In this document: piece by piece, positions 22,366 through 35,100 of the stretch | Layout of the letters: each line of letters starts with the position of its first letter | How positions within the stretch are numbered: position 1 is the stretch's first letter | Source of the DNA: Podarcis vaucheri | Lineage: Eukaryota | NCBI GenBank assembly: GCA_965113315.1 | Contig: OZ220366.1 | Direction: 5' to 3' (one strand) | DNA: 64,000 nucleotides | Translations under genes and position numbers: made by a program | Notes under the pieces: generated by a model | The model's database searches: none | What the model was told of the DNA's origin: nothing | Seen by the model: only the letters and a program-made list of their open reading frames with translations

Positions 22366-25300
22366 CTGAAAAAGAAATGTTTCGTAAGAACCTGCCGGAA
22401 GCACTGAAGATATGAAATTCCCTAACAAAAAAAAGGGGGGTGGCATTCAGGCACCTTTTAAGACTATGCAAATTACTTCTGCAGTTTGAAAGAATGGGGG
22501 AAACACAATACCTGTGAAAATCAGAATGTTAGCATCTTCCACACCAATTATTGATTACGAAGATTAACAAATGGAGGGAAATTCTATAGATCATGAGATA
22601 TACATCTCGTGCTGGGATTCATTTATTTATGTTAAGCCGTTATGCTGCTGCAAACTGTATAATGCTTTGAAAAGCTATCTAATAAATTCTAAACATCACT
22701 GATTTATTCTGAAAGTGAAATGAGGTTTGGATAACAGTTGTGGGTTTGTCTGGACAAGCCAACTTCCAAAATGTGATTAATGTTCCTGGCTAGTTTTGGC
22801 AAACCACCGTTTAACCACACTTCAGTGTGCATGTAACAGCAAATCATGGCTAGCTACAAATGGAAAAGAAAGTTTTGCAGTTGCACCAGAGGACTAGAGG
22901 GGAGAGCATGAGTCATTTGCTCATTTATTTTACATCCAAACCCATCGCTCTTGTTATTTTTGACCAACCCACACAGGGCTCACCAGGGCTGAAGACCTGT
23001 GCTCTGAACACTCGGCAAGACAGCAGATGAATATTCAGTTTTGGTTAATGCCACATTAAAACATAGTTAAAATAAACTTTTTAATGTAAACATGAATTGT
23101 CCTGGTACATGTGCTGAAATCACAAGCTAAAACACTCCCCCTGACCCCTTCCTGCTGCTGCTGTACTGCTGGGAAACAAACCATGGTTTGGCTGGTCATT
23201 ATAGCCAACCCTGGACTTGTGGTTTCTTTCCCTCCAAGCAATCTACAAGATATAAGCCCTAAACAAACCTTGCTATCTAGTAATGCACATATATTTTACT
23301 TTCATCCTGAGCGTTTTGGATAGGGTTGAACTCGAGTAAGGAGAACACAAGCTTGATACTACTAAGCCAAAATTCTCCTATCACAGAAAGTAACATTATT
23401 TATTGAATATAGGTAATTAATTAATGTTTATTTAAATAAATATAATATTTTTGCAATCAACCAATACTACTAATTCAGAATGAGAGAGAATCAATTCCAG
23501 TGAGAAGTTATGAAACTAATTTTTCATAAATGGAGTATGCATTTTCTAGGAGGTGCTTATGCAAAGGTCAGAGCCAAAACCCATAAATAACAGAAAATAT
23601 CCTGACATTGGAACAGCAACTCTGACAAAATTTATAGTGAAAGCAATGTAGGTTCTCACTCATAATTTACTCTACAGCTGATACATCCAGGACCTGGTGA
23701 TTACAAATATTCTATTTCAATACTCCTTGGTGTCTGTGCTGGAAGCACTCGTGAAATTCTATCTTAGGAAAAGCTGACATTTAAGAAATACAAAATGCTT
23801 GAGGGAACTTTGATTGGAAATCCATTATGTATGGGAATTTATTGAAGAAAAGAGGGGACTGGTTCTGTAATAGTGGAAGAGAACGTAAATTAATATAACC
23901 TGGTTAAGTAAATCAGGAAAAGGCCAACGCATACAGGACAAAAAACATGACTTAAGTAACAGAATGTATTTTAAGACTATGAGCTAGTAAAAGGAAAATA
24001 TAGGTGTGTGCTGTGCCAAAACTATTACAAATGCAAAGTACACAAATTCAGAGAAAATTAAGGATTCCCAATGACATCACAAGATAGCAAGAGAGAGTTT
24101 GCAGTATTTTTACATTCAGCATATACACCAAGTAAGATCTGAATATCAATCACTTGCAATAGTTCTGCATGAAAATTATTATCTGAGCATGCTATTTTGA
24201 ATGCACTAGTTTGATGCTGTAGATAGAACCGGAAGTCTCAGTTTTAAATTTCTGCTTAGCCACAAAGCAATCTGGATAGTGATTGGCAACTCACTCTCTC
24301 ACACAGCTGGTGTAAGGATAAATATGATAGCATGACCCCTAAACTACTTGAAAGGGGGAACAGTAAATAAAATGTAATAAATATATAAAAGTTGCTCCAA
24401 TGCGCAATACATGGAAATTGTAGGGATATTAAGACAAAAGTGTGTATATGAACTACCCACTCAACTTTTGAATCATAGTTTATGGATGGTATCTGATGAA
24501 GTCTTATTCCTAGTAGACTCACTGAAATAATGGACACTTATTAATATATTATTTTACATTTTATTAATATGAAATAAATCACCTTTCTTCAGTGGGTCAA
24601 CTGAGTATGATCTGGTTGCATACTATCCCTAAGAGCTTTATATTGACATCCTCTTTTCAATAATTGTTTTCAAGTTTTCTGCTAATATTTCTGTTACCAA
24701 AAAGACACACGTTCCCCCAGAGAAAACAAGTGGTATTAGTGTTACAAAATCACCAGAGCTGTTATGAATCCGCAAAAGCTATCTTTATTAAACAGCAACA
24801 GTAACAAGTTTTTTATTCCTTCGTCCGTTTGTCAAGGAGGAGGAGACGCAAACTTACTTCTTCTTCATCTGGTTCAGTCTCCTCCGTTTCCATCGTTGAG
24901 ATATTTGCGACTGGCTTGTTCCAGGCCAACTTCAGGTCTTGCCCTTTGAAGCGAGATCCATGGATAGCAGCCTAAAGAGAACAGCAATATTCTCTTTATA
25001 ACGAAACATGTCCTCTGGGGGGAAATGGTTGAATAGCAACAAATACCAGAATAAACTGCATGCACCTCTGCGTAACTAGGCTACAACTGAAATAATTGTC
25101 CCAACTCTCAGGACTTTTGTTTTTAGGACAGTATTTCACTATGCCACATGACAAATCACTTTGGAAAATGTGTGCATTAACAAAAGCAGGTTATGATATA
25201 GCATTGGGAGGTGGGGTGTTTTTTTTGGGGGGGGGGTTGTTGTTTAAAGAACAAATCAACACCCCAGTGGACATCCCCAAGTCCTTTGGCAAATTTTAAG

Positions 25301-28300
25301 CCTAGGTTTCAATGCAGGTGTGCAGTATACAAGGTATACTGTAGTCTTAGTATTCTATTGCAGATTACTATTTCAAAGGTAAATGTGCATGCAAGCCTTT
25401 CCAGATTTCTTTTGGTGTCTACACATACACAAGGCAATGAAGAAAAATGATTTTTTTTTAAAGTCCTGAATTATTTCAACATGAAGGTAGCATGCTGTTC
25501 AGAGAAGCCAATTGTTACTGAACAATCTCCTCATTGGTGTTTTGCTTTTGAAATATTGATACTTTTTAATCTTCATACATTATTACTACTGCCCAAAACG
25601 GGGCATCCTGAAAATAAAACTGAGTTGATTTTTTTTAAAAAAATAAACTTAAAGAATATAACTTATTCTGCCGAAAAGCATTCCATTTTCTGTAAAGGCT
25701 TGGTAATTGAAATGTAAAAAAAAAAATTAACCTATGGGATATTCATGCCTTCCTAAGTACCAGCTGCATTAAGTGGCTGCTTTGGAAATAGTATGTTCAA
25801 ATTAAAGTAACATGAACTAGCATAAATCAGTGTTAGCAACATTCCGAAATAACTGCCACAGTCACAAAAGATTTATAGTACAATCTGAAAGTACAGCATA
25901 ATGTGAAATGTGGAAACAATTACATGTTTGATGACATCTGAACATGAATTGTGTGATATTAAGGTCCCCAGGTATAAATTTTAAATCTGTACATATAAAT
26001 TTATGGTCAATTTTAAAAGATTCCATGCCTATTAAAATGAACCACAGGAGTGGACTTTTTGTCCATGGTCTCATCACAATGTCACAAACTGGAATTTTTA
26101 AAGAATACTTATATATGACATTTGGGTTCAGAAACAACTTGTAATCTTTGAAAGAAATTACTGCAACATAAAAATGCAACACTTTACAACTAGGGAACCC
26201 TCCTCACCCTTTCCAAGCTCAAATGCACACGACCATAAAACTTAAACCTCTTTCATTCAAGACAGTAAAATATTAGCTACCATTCCTTCAAAGAAAGCTA
26301 TAACTACTTTGAAGATTAACTTCTACTACCAATTATTATTTATAATGTATTTGATTTGCTAACAAGTAGAAACTTAACTTGCAGATATTTGATTTATACA
26401 CTATGAACTTTTTTTTTGTTAGTTTTACAGCTAATCAAGTTCCTCTGCTTGTATTCGAGAAAATATTCCTATCCATAACATAAGTTTTAGGGAAAACACA
26501 AATGTGTTGTTCCATTTGCAATGTGCACAGAGGACCCCTCTTCCAGGCACTCAGGGTTTTGGAGCACATCTTTGGGGCCTTAATCTTTCCAAAGTAATTT
26601 TGCACAAAACTTTGCTTCGCCATTTAGTGATGAAATACTGTTAGAAGCTGCAAGATGTGAAAGAGAATCCTAGTTGACTATCCCTGTGCTCACAAGCATG
26701 GAAAACAAACGTGTTACAAGGAATTCAGGCCGTAGCTCTTTCTAGCTTTCATAAAGAACATTTTCTCTTGATTCTTCAACTAAAAACTGAGAAAGAGAAC
26801 TACTGTACAACCAAAGAAAACACCAATATGAAAAAAGCTGATAAATAGAACAGAGGTCAGCGTTCCAAACTGCATTTTACACACACACAACCATGAAGGG
26901 AAGAATTCAATGTAGTGCTGTGGCAATCATTCCCTAGACCAGGGGTCAGCAAACTTTTTCAGCAGGGGACCGGTCCACTGTCCCTCAGACCTTGTGGGGG
27001 GCTGGACTATATATATATATATATATGCAGGTTTTGGTGTCTTCGGGTGTCTTCCCGTGTAAGAGTCGGGGTGTCTGGGCTATATATATCTGGATATATA
27101 TATATATCCGGATCCGACCCCTGAGCCTTAGTTTGCCTACCCAAGCCCTAGACACAAGCATTTTCGTATGGTGCTTGGAACGAACCCCCCTCTCCACATT
27201 CTGCATGCTGTTGTGGAGGTCCTCTCAACGCTCCCAGAGCCAGTCGGTTGTCTGTGTGGTGGCCCGGGGTGGGGTAGGGAGGGAAGATCCCTGCAGCACC
27301 AGCAGAAATCCTTCCATTAATGGGACTCCTTAGCTGAAGCCAATCCAAAGTGCTTAAGGTTACATTGCCAGACACACTTCATTATAGGAAATGCCCCCCA
27401 CCCCCCGCAGTCCTCCGTCCTCCAACATCTTAGATTGAAACGGGGAAATGAGAGCAAAGCCTCTTTGTGAGTACACACTCACTTTATTTCAGTGGTTTGG
27501 TCTTCATTATTTAATTAAATAACTGAAGCCAGACAAAGTGTATGCTAATACACAACACATGTATTACAGGTAATAGGAAGGAGTAGAACACAGAAGCTCT
27601 GTACAATAGTTAGATGCAGTTAAACTCAAGCTTACTGCCTAACATGAAAACAAAAAAAGGAGGATATACTTACTGCCTCGGCTTTATTTCAGTGGTTTGG
27701 TCTTCATTATTTAATTAAATAACTGAAGCCAGACAAAGTGTATGCTAATACACAACACATGTATTATAGGTAATAGGAAGGAGTAGAACACAGAAGCTCT
27801 GTACAATAGTTAGATGCAGTTAAACTCAACCTTACTGCCTAACATGAAAACAAAAAAAGGAGGATATACTTACTGCCTCGGCTTCTGCTCTCGTCTTGAA
27901 AGTAATCACTGCATGGAGAGACGAGTCATCTATCTGGCAGTCTTCAATTTCACCATATTGCTTTTTAAGAGGAGAAAATTGTCACCTTACTGAAATAATC
28001 TCTCCTTGATGCATAACATGCAAGGGCTGTTAACAGTTCTGGATTGATAACGCAACCTAATGATCCCAAATCTTCTAAAATAGTTGTAAAATAAACCATC
28101 CCCAACCCAAAATTTTTAAAAAATGGAAGAACAGGAAACTGAAAAATGAAACTTAAGCAAATTTAAATATCAAGGAAAACAGATATTCAATTTATAAATA
28201 GGTCACTAATGATAACTTTTATGATTCCAAAGAGCAGCCCAATAATTTATTATGTCGGATATACTTGAAGTTTGACCTGAAACTATGCTTGCTTTTGACT

Positions 28301-29132
28301 TTGGATCAAGAGAGCTATTTTCAGTTCTTAGTTCCACTAAGGGTAGCTTCACATGAGTATGTAAAATAAACTCCATGTAGAAAAAAACATAGGCATCAAG
28401 TGTTTTACACAGGTCAGGGAATGACTGTTGCCTTTCTAGTTAATATATTCACAGTAGAAACAAACAGTTGCAACATACTTCAAATTATGCAACAGCACAC
28501 TCTTGAGATAATTTCTGTGCAGAAAAGCCAACATGTGTGACAGGTGCCCATTTGTCTTCTCTCTGAATGACTGTTTGCCAGCACGGATGGACAAGTTAGG
28601 AAAGGCATCAAAGCAAACCTGCAGTCATGGCTATACGAACCAATCATCCCTGGCCACTGCACTTAATTTCACATACTTGACAGAACATTATTATGGCGCC
28701 CGCCTAGCCTAAGGCCTTTCTCCGGAAGTTAGAGATGATTATTTGATTTATAACACTTTGCTGATTTTCACTGATCACAATCACACTGCAACAGAATGTT
28801 AGGTTTCTAAGACATATTATCACACTGAGATCAGGAAGGCAGTGGGGCGGGTACATACCGCAAAATGTGGGAGGAGATCTTCTCGGTCGTTCTCTGTAAA
28901 AGCAGAGATTTCAAGTGCCCTTGGACGATGATCCACCACGGCATGGATAGGAACACCTCTTCCCCGACCCCGGCCTCGTCCTCCCCTGCCTCTGCCGCGA
29001 GACGCACCGCGACCTCGTGTATGAATTCCTCTCCCACGACCAGAGGACAAAATTCCTCGTTTCGCAGCCTAACATGAAATAACAACATCTAATACAAGCC
29101 AAACTTATCCATATGTGTTATAGTAAAAATAA

Positions 29133-29181
<49 letters not shown>

Positions 29182-32100
29182 GATTTTATTTATATCCCGC
29201 CCTCCCCAGCCGAAGCCGGGCTCAGGGCGGCTAACAACAATAAAATAATACAACATTCTAAAATCATTTCATTATAAAATTAATTCAAATCAAATTGATG
29301 GCAACCATTGGACTAGAGTTCTGTGAAGATTACCAAAGGAGGGAGTCAGGCTGTGCCCTGGCCAAAGGCCTGGTGGAACAGCTCTGTCTTGCAGGACCTG
29401 CAGAAAGATGTCAAGTCCCGCAGGGCCCTAGTCTCTTGGGACAGAGTGTTCCACCAGATCGGAGCACCAGCCGAAAAAGCCCTGGCTCTAGTTGAGGCCA
29501 GCCTAACCTCTCTGTGGCCTGGGACCTTCAATATGTTTTTGTTTGAAGACCGTAAGTTCCTCTGTGGGACATACCAGGAGAGGCGGTCCCGTAGGTACGA
29601 GGGTCTGAACTTATGCTACTGTAAACCTTAAAACATCTCGATGATATACCAATATTGTTATTATTTCCACATTGTAAATGGGGACTCAGGGGAGACTGTC
29701 TAATTGCAGTGTTTCCCAAACTGTTTTCAGACTGCAATTCCCTTCATCCCTGACCGCTGGTCTTGCTAGCTAGGGATGGTGGGAGTTGTAGTCCAAAAAC
29801 AACTGGAGATCCAAGTTTGAGAAATGCCAGTCTAATGCTACCTCAGGAATTTATGGCAGAGGTAAGATCTGAGCCAGACTTGCCAACTGACAGCTTATTC
29901 CCTTTGCAGCACCACACCAAGTCACCTTGAATAGCAAACCTCTTGAAACACAACCCAGAGCAATTACATGCAACAACTTTCATACTCAGGCACAGATTTT
30001 AGGACTCCCAAAGACATTTGATCATTCCAGATGCTTACATCCACCCATTCATTTTCTTATCTCTCTAATATGAGGTAGTGGTCAGTCTGTTTTGTCCTGG
30101 GCCAAATTCATGTCTGCCCGATTTAGGAAATACTATGTGCCTGATGCGATTACAGGCTCTCTCCCCATAGATACGCTGCACTGAGTCAGAGATGCAAGGC
30201 AGGCAGAGGAACACACAGATGGAAAGATCCTTCAAGATTTGGCCACTTCTTATTTCCATATTCTTGGGGACAACATGACAGCAGTATATATATGGTGCAG
30301 CAAATCACCTAACAGGGCAGCAAATGCCAGTGTATGAAGTTTAGGCCTGGTAAAGGCACTTCCAAAGAAATGAAATATGAAAGAACGCTGATCAAGCTGG
30401 CATTACATAACGCTTCGTTTTAATATGCTTTGCAAACCAATAAGAATTGGGAAGCAATAATTAGCAAAATTCAGTTTCAAAGAGAAAGAGAACTAACTTT
30501 GCATCAGATGACCTTCTGCCATTCATTTCACTTCACTCTAGAAGTCTGGGCTTAACATAGAATCATTTTAAGGTAATGCATTATTTTCAATGCGCTCACG
30601 CTCTTTTAAAGGCAGTGAATCGAAAACAGACATTTCCGTAACTGCTTACCAGTTCTAAACACCAACAGCACCACCTAGGGGAACATTTTGAAAATGCATG
30701 CTGCTCCCAAAGTTAAGTTATTTGGATGTTATTTTGGATATAATGCATAAACTTCATATTCTGGGTTAGGGTGGGATATTTTATTTTATGCGTATGATGT
30801 TGTCATAAGTTGTAAGAATCCATTTTTTCCTAACTGTTACACAAATTCACTGAGGGGGGATACATGTGGAATAGTGCCGTGCTGACCATCAAAAATGAAA
30901 TAAACTTACTTCAAGCTGCAGTTCTGTGTACTTTCGTCTTAGTTCAGTGACTTCTTCGCCTGCCTGCATCTTCTTATACAAGTCCAACTCAGTGTCCAGT
31001 AGTTCTTTTTGCATCTAAGGGATACTAATCAATTTAGTATGCATTTCTTAACTCGTGCAGAAAACGTGGGCGTAAATAGCCAGACTACCATAGAGCATTA
31101 CAATGTTTCAAGTTTCAGGGGGAACGTCTTCAAAAGAAACATTAGCTGACATCTATGGGATGGATGATTGCTAGGTTAGCATAAGGGCCTACTTCTTTTT
31201 TTAACGGGGTATAAATCCAGGAGGGTAATGCAGTTTTATTTTTCTCAAATTTCAAAAATTGTCTCCTCCTCTCCCACACTGAAAACCGCCTTAAAGGTAA
31301 AGGGACCCCTGACCATTAGGTCCCTTCATGGCCAACTCTGGGGTTGCAACACTCATCTCGCTTTATTGGCCAAGGGAGCCGGCGTACAGCTTCCGGGTCA
31401 TGTGGCCAGCATGACTAGGCCGCTTCTGGCAAACCAAAGCAGCGAACGGAAACACCGTTTACCTTCCCGCCGTTTACCTTATCTACTTGCACTTTGACGT
31501 GCTTTCCAACTGCTAGGTGGGCAGGAGCAGGGATTAGAACCGCTGACCTTCTGATCAGCAAGTCCTAGGCTCTGTGGTTTGGATTTAGCATAACCTTGGT
31601 GTGTTGTAATGACCCACCAGTGACAGGTGAATGGATTCAAACTTCTAGTCAGCCATAAAGGTCACTTGGTGGTTTTAAGCAAGTCACTACTTCTCAGTCT
31701 TACCTATTTCATGGGATTGTGGTGGTGGGAAAGAGAGAGTCCTATGTATGTTATCTTGGAGGATAAGCAAAAATGTGATCAATGCATCCGCTCCCAGCTT
31801 TCCGCAGCAAACTTATACATCAAAAGAAAATTATTTAAAGAAAAGAAAGATTAAAAGCATCCAATGATGACAAAATACAGATACCTGTGTTTTTGTTTTC
31901 ATGTTTTTCAGGGGAGTGCTTGCTGGAGTGGAGACCCCTTTCAATTCATCCTTTAACTTGGTAATGCTGTTAGTCAAGGTCTCCAGAGTTTTCATGATTT
32001 CAGCTTTGTCCTCCGATTTCATCGTTTTATTCTTCTCCAGTTTTGAAATCAGCATCTATTGAAATTACACATATTACTAACAGGAATCCTTTACACATGG

Positions 32101-35100
32101 GTTATTTTTCATCTTCGGAGGAAGTTTATCCAAGCTCCCCACCATCATACACATTTATGAAGACACAATTTAAAAAAAAAAAAATTCTCCATACATAAGG
32201 AAAGCTGCCAAATATCCAAAATGGCACCAACATCCATGGAAAACAGCTCCAACTGGAGAGAGGAATTGGACAACCCTCAGGTTCTGATGTAGGAACTACA
32301 GTCTTGACACCAAACTTAGTGCGCTTAGAAAGATGCATGGAGAACTCTCCAATACAGAATCCCACTAGTCATTCTTGTAACTCTTCTACAAAATTTGTAA
32401 ACTGTGCTCTCCTCTGTGAAGAGCTGGGAAAGAACAGCTAGGACAACTTGTGGAAAAGCTTGGCGGCGTTTGGCAGATTTGAACTGAATTTGTAGAAGCT
32501 CTCCACAACTTGACTTGGGAAGGTTTTTTATGCTGTTAAAAGCCATATTCTTAAAGTAGTACTAGCTTGGCAGTAACACCAGCTGTGAATAGCATGGATT
32601 GCTTCAGCTGAGAATCTGGAATTATTTTTCCATGAGCCTGATCCAAAAGGTTCTGTCCACGGAAGGAGTTATTTCTTTCTTGGAAGGAGTGTTTTACCTT
32701 CCACAGGGGCTTCCATGAATGAAAGTGGGAGGGCGATTCTTTGCTAGTTCTCCCTTCAGCCCTAAGACGTCACCTCGCACAGTTTGAGTGTCCCTGGACC
32801 TTCCAGAGTGGATTTTTGGTTGGTGACCCAAGTGGAATTCCACTCAAATAACACAGACTAATACCTAGGATACGGAGGCAGAGGCTTCCACCCCATTAAT
32901 TTCATCTGGGTGTGCACAAGCTCACACCACCCTAGATTCATTAATTTTAGTGGGATCCCTATGAGCACTGGAATGATATGTAAGATTTGTGCTTCACCTG
33001 AATCACCACTTAGCAACCTTTGCAGCACAAGATTTTACAGTGATGTAGCAAGCACTGTAACTTACAACATTGCTTCTCAAACTATGTTGCTGTGGTGGAT
33101 CAACAACCCACCCACAATATGCCATTATTTGGTTCCGGAAGCATCTTACTCAACCTGGGCTGTGATGGGGTCATGGACCAACAACTGATGGCTTGTGGAC
33201 CAACATCAGTCCATGGACCACCACTTTGAGTAGCACTATCTTACAATACATCAATGATTATTAATATTATTCAACAGTAGTCCAATTGCATAAATGTATG
33301 TATTTACCTTTTGTGTTTCAATGTGCTTTTCTAAAATCTCTTGCTTTTTCTTTCTCACATCTTGCTGAAGTCTTAGTGCCTCCTGGAAGCATAAAAACAC
33401 AATTATTATCACCCACTGTTAAACATAAGCTGATGAGTAACTGCGCAATTCCACCCATTTTACCCATATATACTGTCCTATTAGAATAAACCAATAATGT
33501 GGAAAGAACTGATGTGACTGAGCATGGGCACGGTGAAGGTGATCTCCAATAATGGTAGCCATACCACTAACTAGTGCCTATGTAAGTGTAGCACATCAGC
33601 AGAATCCAATGGGTATTTAGCATTTGTGAAAGATCACATTCAGCCCCTAGTGCAACTATTAAACTCTGTATGCTACCACGTGCACAATATTAGTTCTCAA
33701 ACATCTTGAACTAACAATACATGGAATCTCACCTTGAATTGTTATGTGATATCATCTCTTCCTATATTTATAATTGACAGAGAACAGCAGTATACGCAGT
33801 TACATTATTTGACAAGTGTTATTTTTGGACCAAATGCTTGTGCTATATCTGCTCCTCTGGACACCTGTACACTCCCTTACCACATTCAGGATTAAGAAGT
33901 GCAAGGTTCCACACTTTGCTATGGGGATGCTGCACCATTTATGTATTTAGAGCTTTTTGTGCATTACGTTTTGTCACAGGTGCCATTCTGGAATTCCAAG
34001 ATTACTAATTCTGTGCTGTTTACAGGAGGATTTGTTGGAGCATTTCTAAAGTTACTGATCTGGAGGATGCGTAACTTTTATGGCTAAATTGCATCTTTCT
34101 AGTAGCTAAATTAACAAAAATATTAAAATATATTGGATTTCCAACTAATATGCATTAAGAGCCTACAGAAAAATAGCTACACATAGCAAGGAAATGCAAT
34201 TCATTAAATCTGGAATACATTCCTAGGACTGCTTCAGTAAATGTTTCTGAATTCCTTGTTTCCTTTCTGTTTGACCTTTCCATGACTCTTTGAATAAGGA
34301 ATTGCAAATGAAGTTGTTTTATGTTAACAGAAATATTTACTGGTTCATCACAGTTGTAACTGCACATTTATGGTTTTTTAAAAAAAATAATTAACAGAAA
34401 GTTTTCCATTTTGAGGCAAGACACAGTAATGACAGTCATATACTTCAGTTTCAATAACTTGAACAAAAGTGAAATTTAAAACAGTTTAACAGAGAAAATT
34501 TGTCACAAAGCATGTAAGACTCTAAATTAAGGAAATAATTATCGCTGTAACCCTATGTAGCCTATTTTGCTATTCCAAAACCAGCTTGTTCTCCTCAAAA
34601 ACAATTTCTTAAAGCACTGAACCACCTACATCATGACTTTCAGAGCAAGATACCCAGAAACTCAATTTCTGGTGACAAATATGATTAATATGCAAGGAAA
34701 TTAGAGGAAATTACTTTTCCCAATGATTAAATACAAAAAGATGCGACACAAATCTGGGTTATTCTGAATCAATGGCCTCTGAGAAAGAAATCTGCATATT
34801 TGGCCTCTGCAAATGAAGAAACCAGCCTGCAGAACTGCTACATTAATGGGACTGCAGTACTGAGTAATCCAGTCGTTTTCAAATGGAGGTGAATCCCATT
34901 CATGTCTGAATTACAATCGAAGAAAATGTGATGCAATAAGAGAAGCTTTCCAAAATATTTGATCAAATGGATTTTATTTTATCGATTTTTCTGTAGTAGC
35001 TGAAACAAATCTGAACTTGCAAGAGAAGTGAAACTCTTTTATCATGACAACTTTCTAAAGTGGTTAATAGGAATACCAGAATTATAAGAAATCAAACTTG

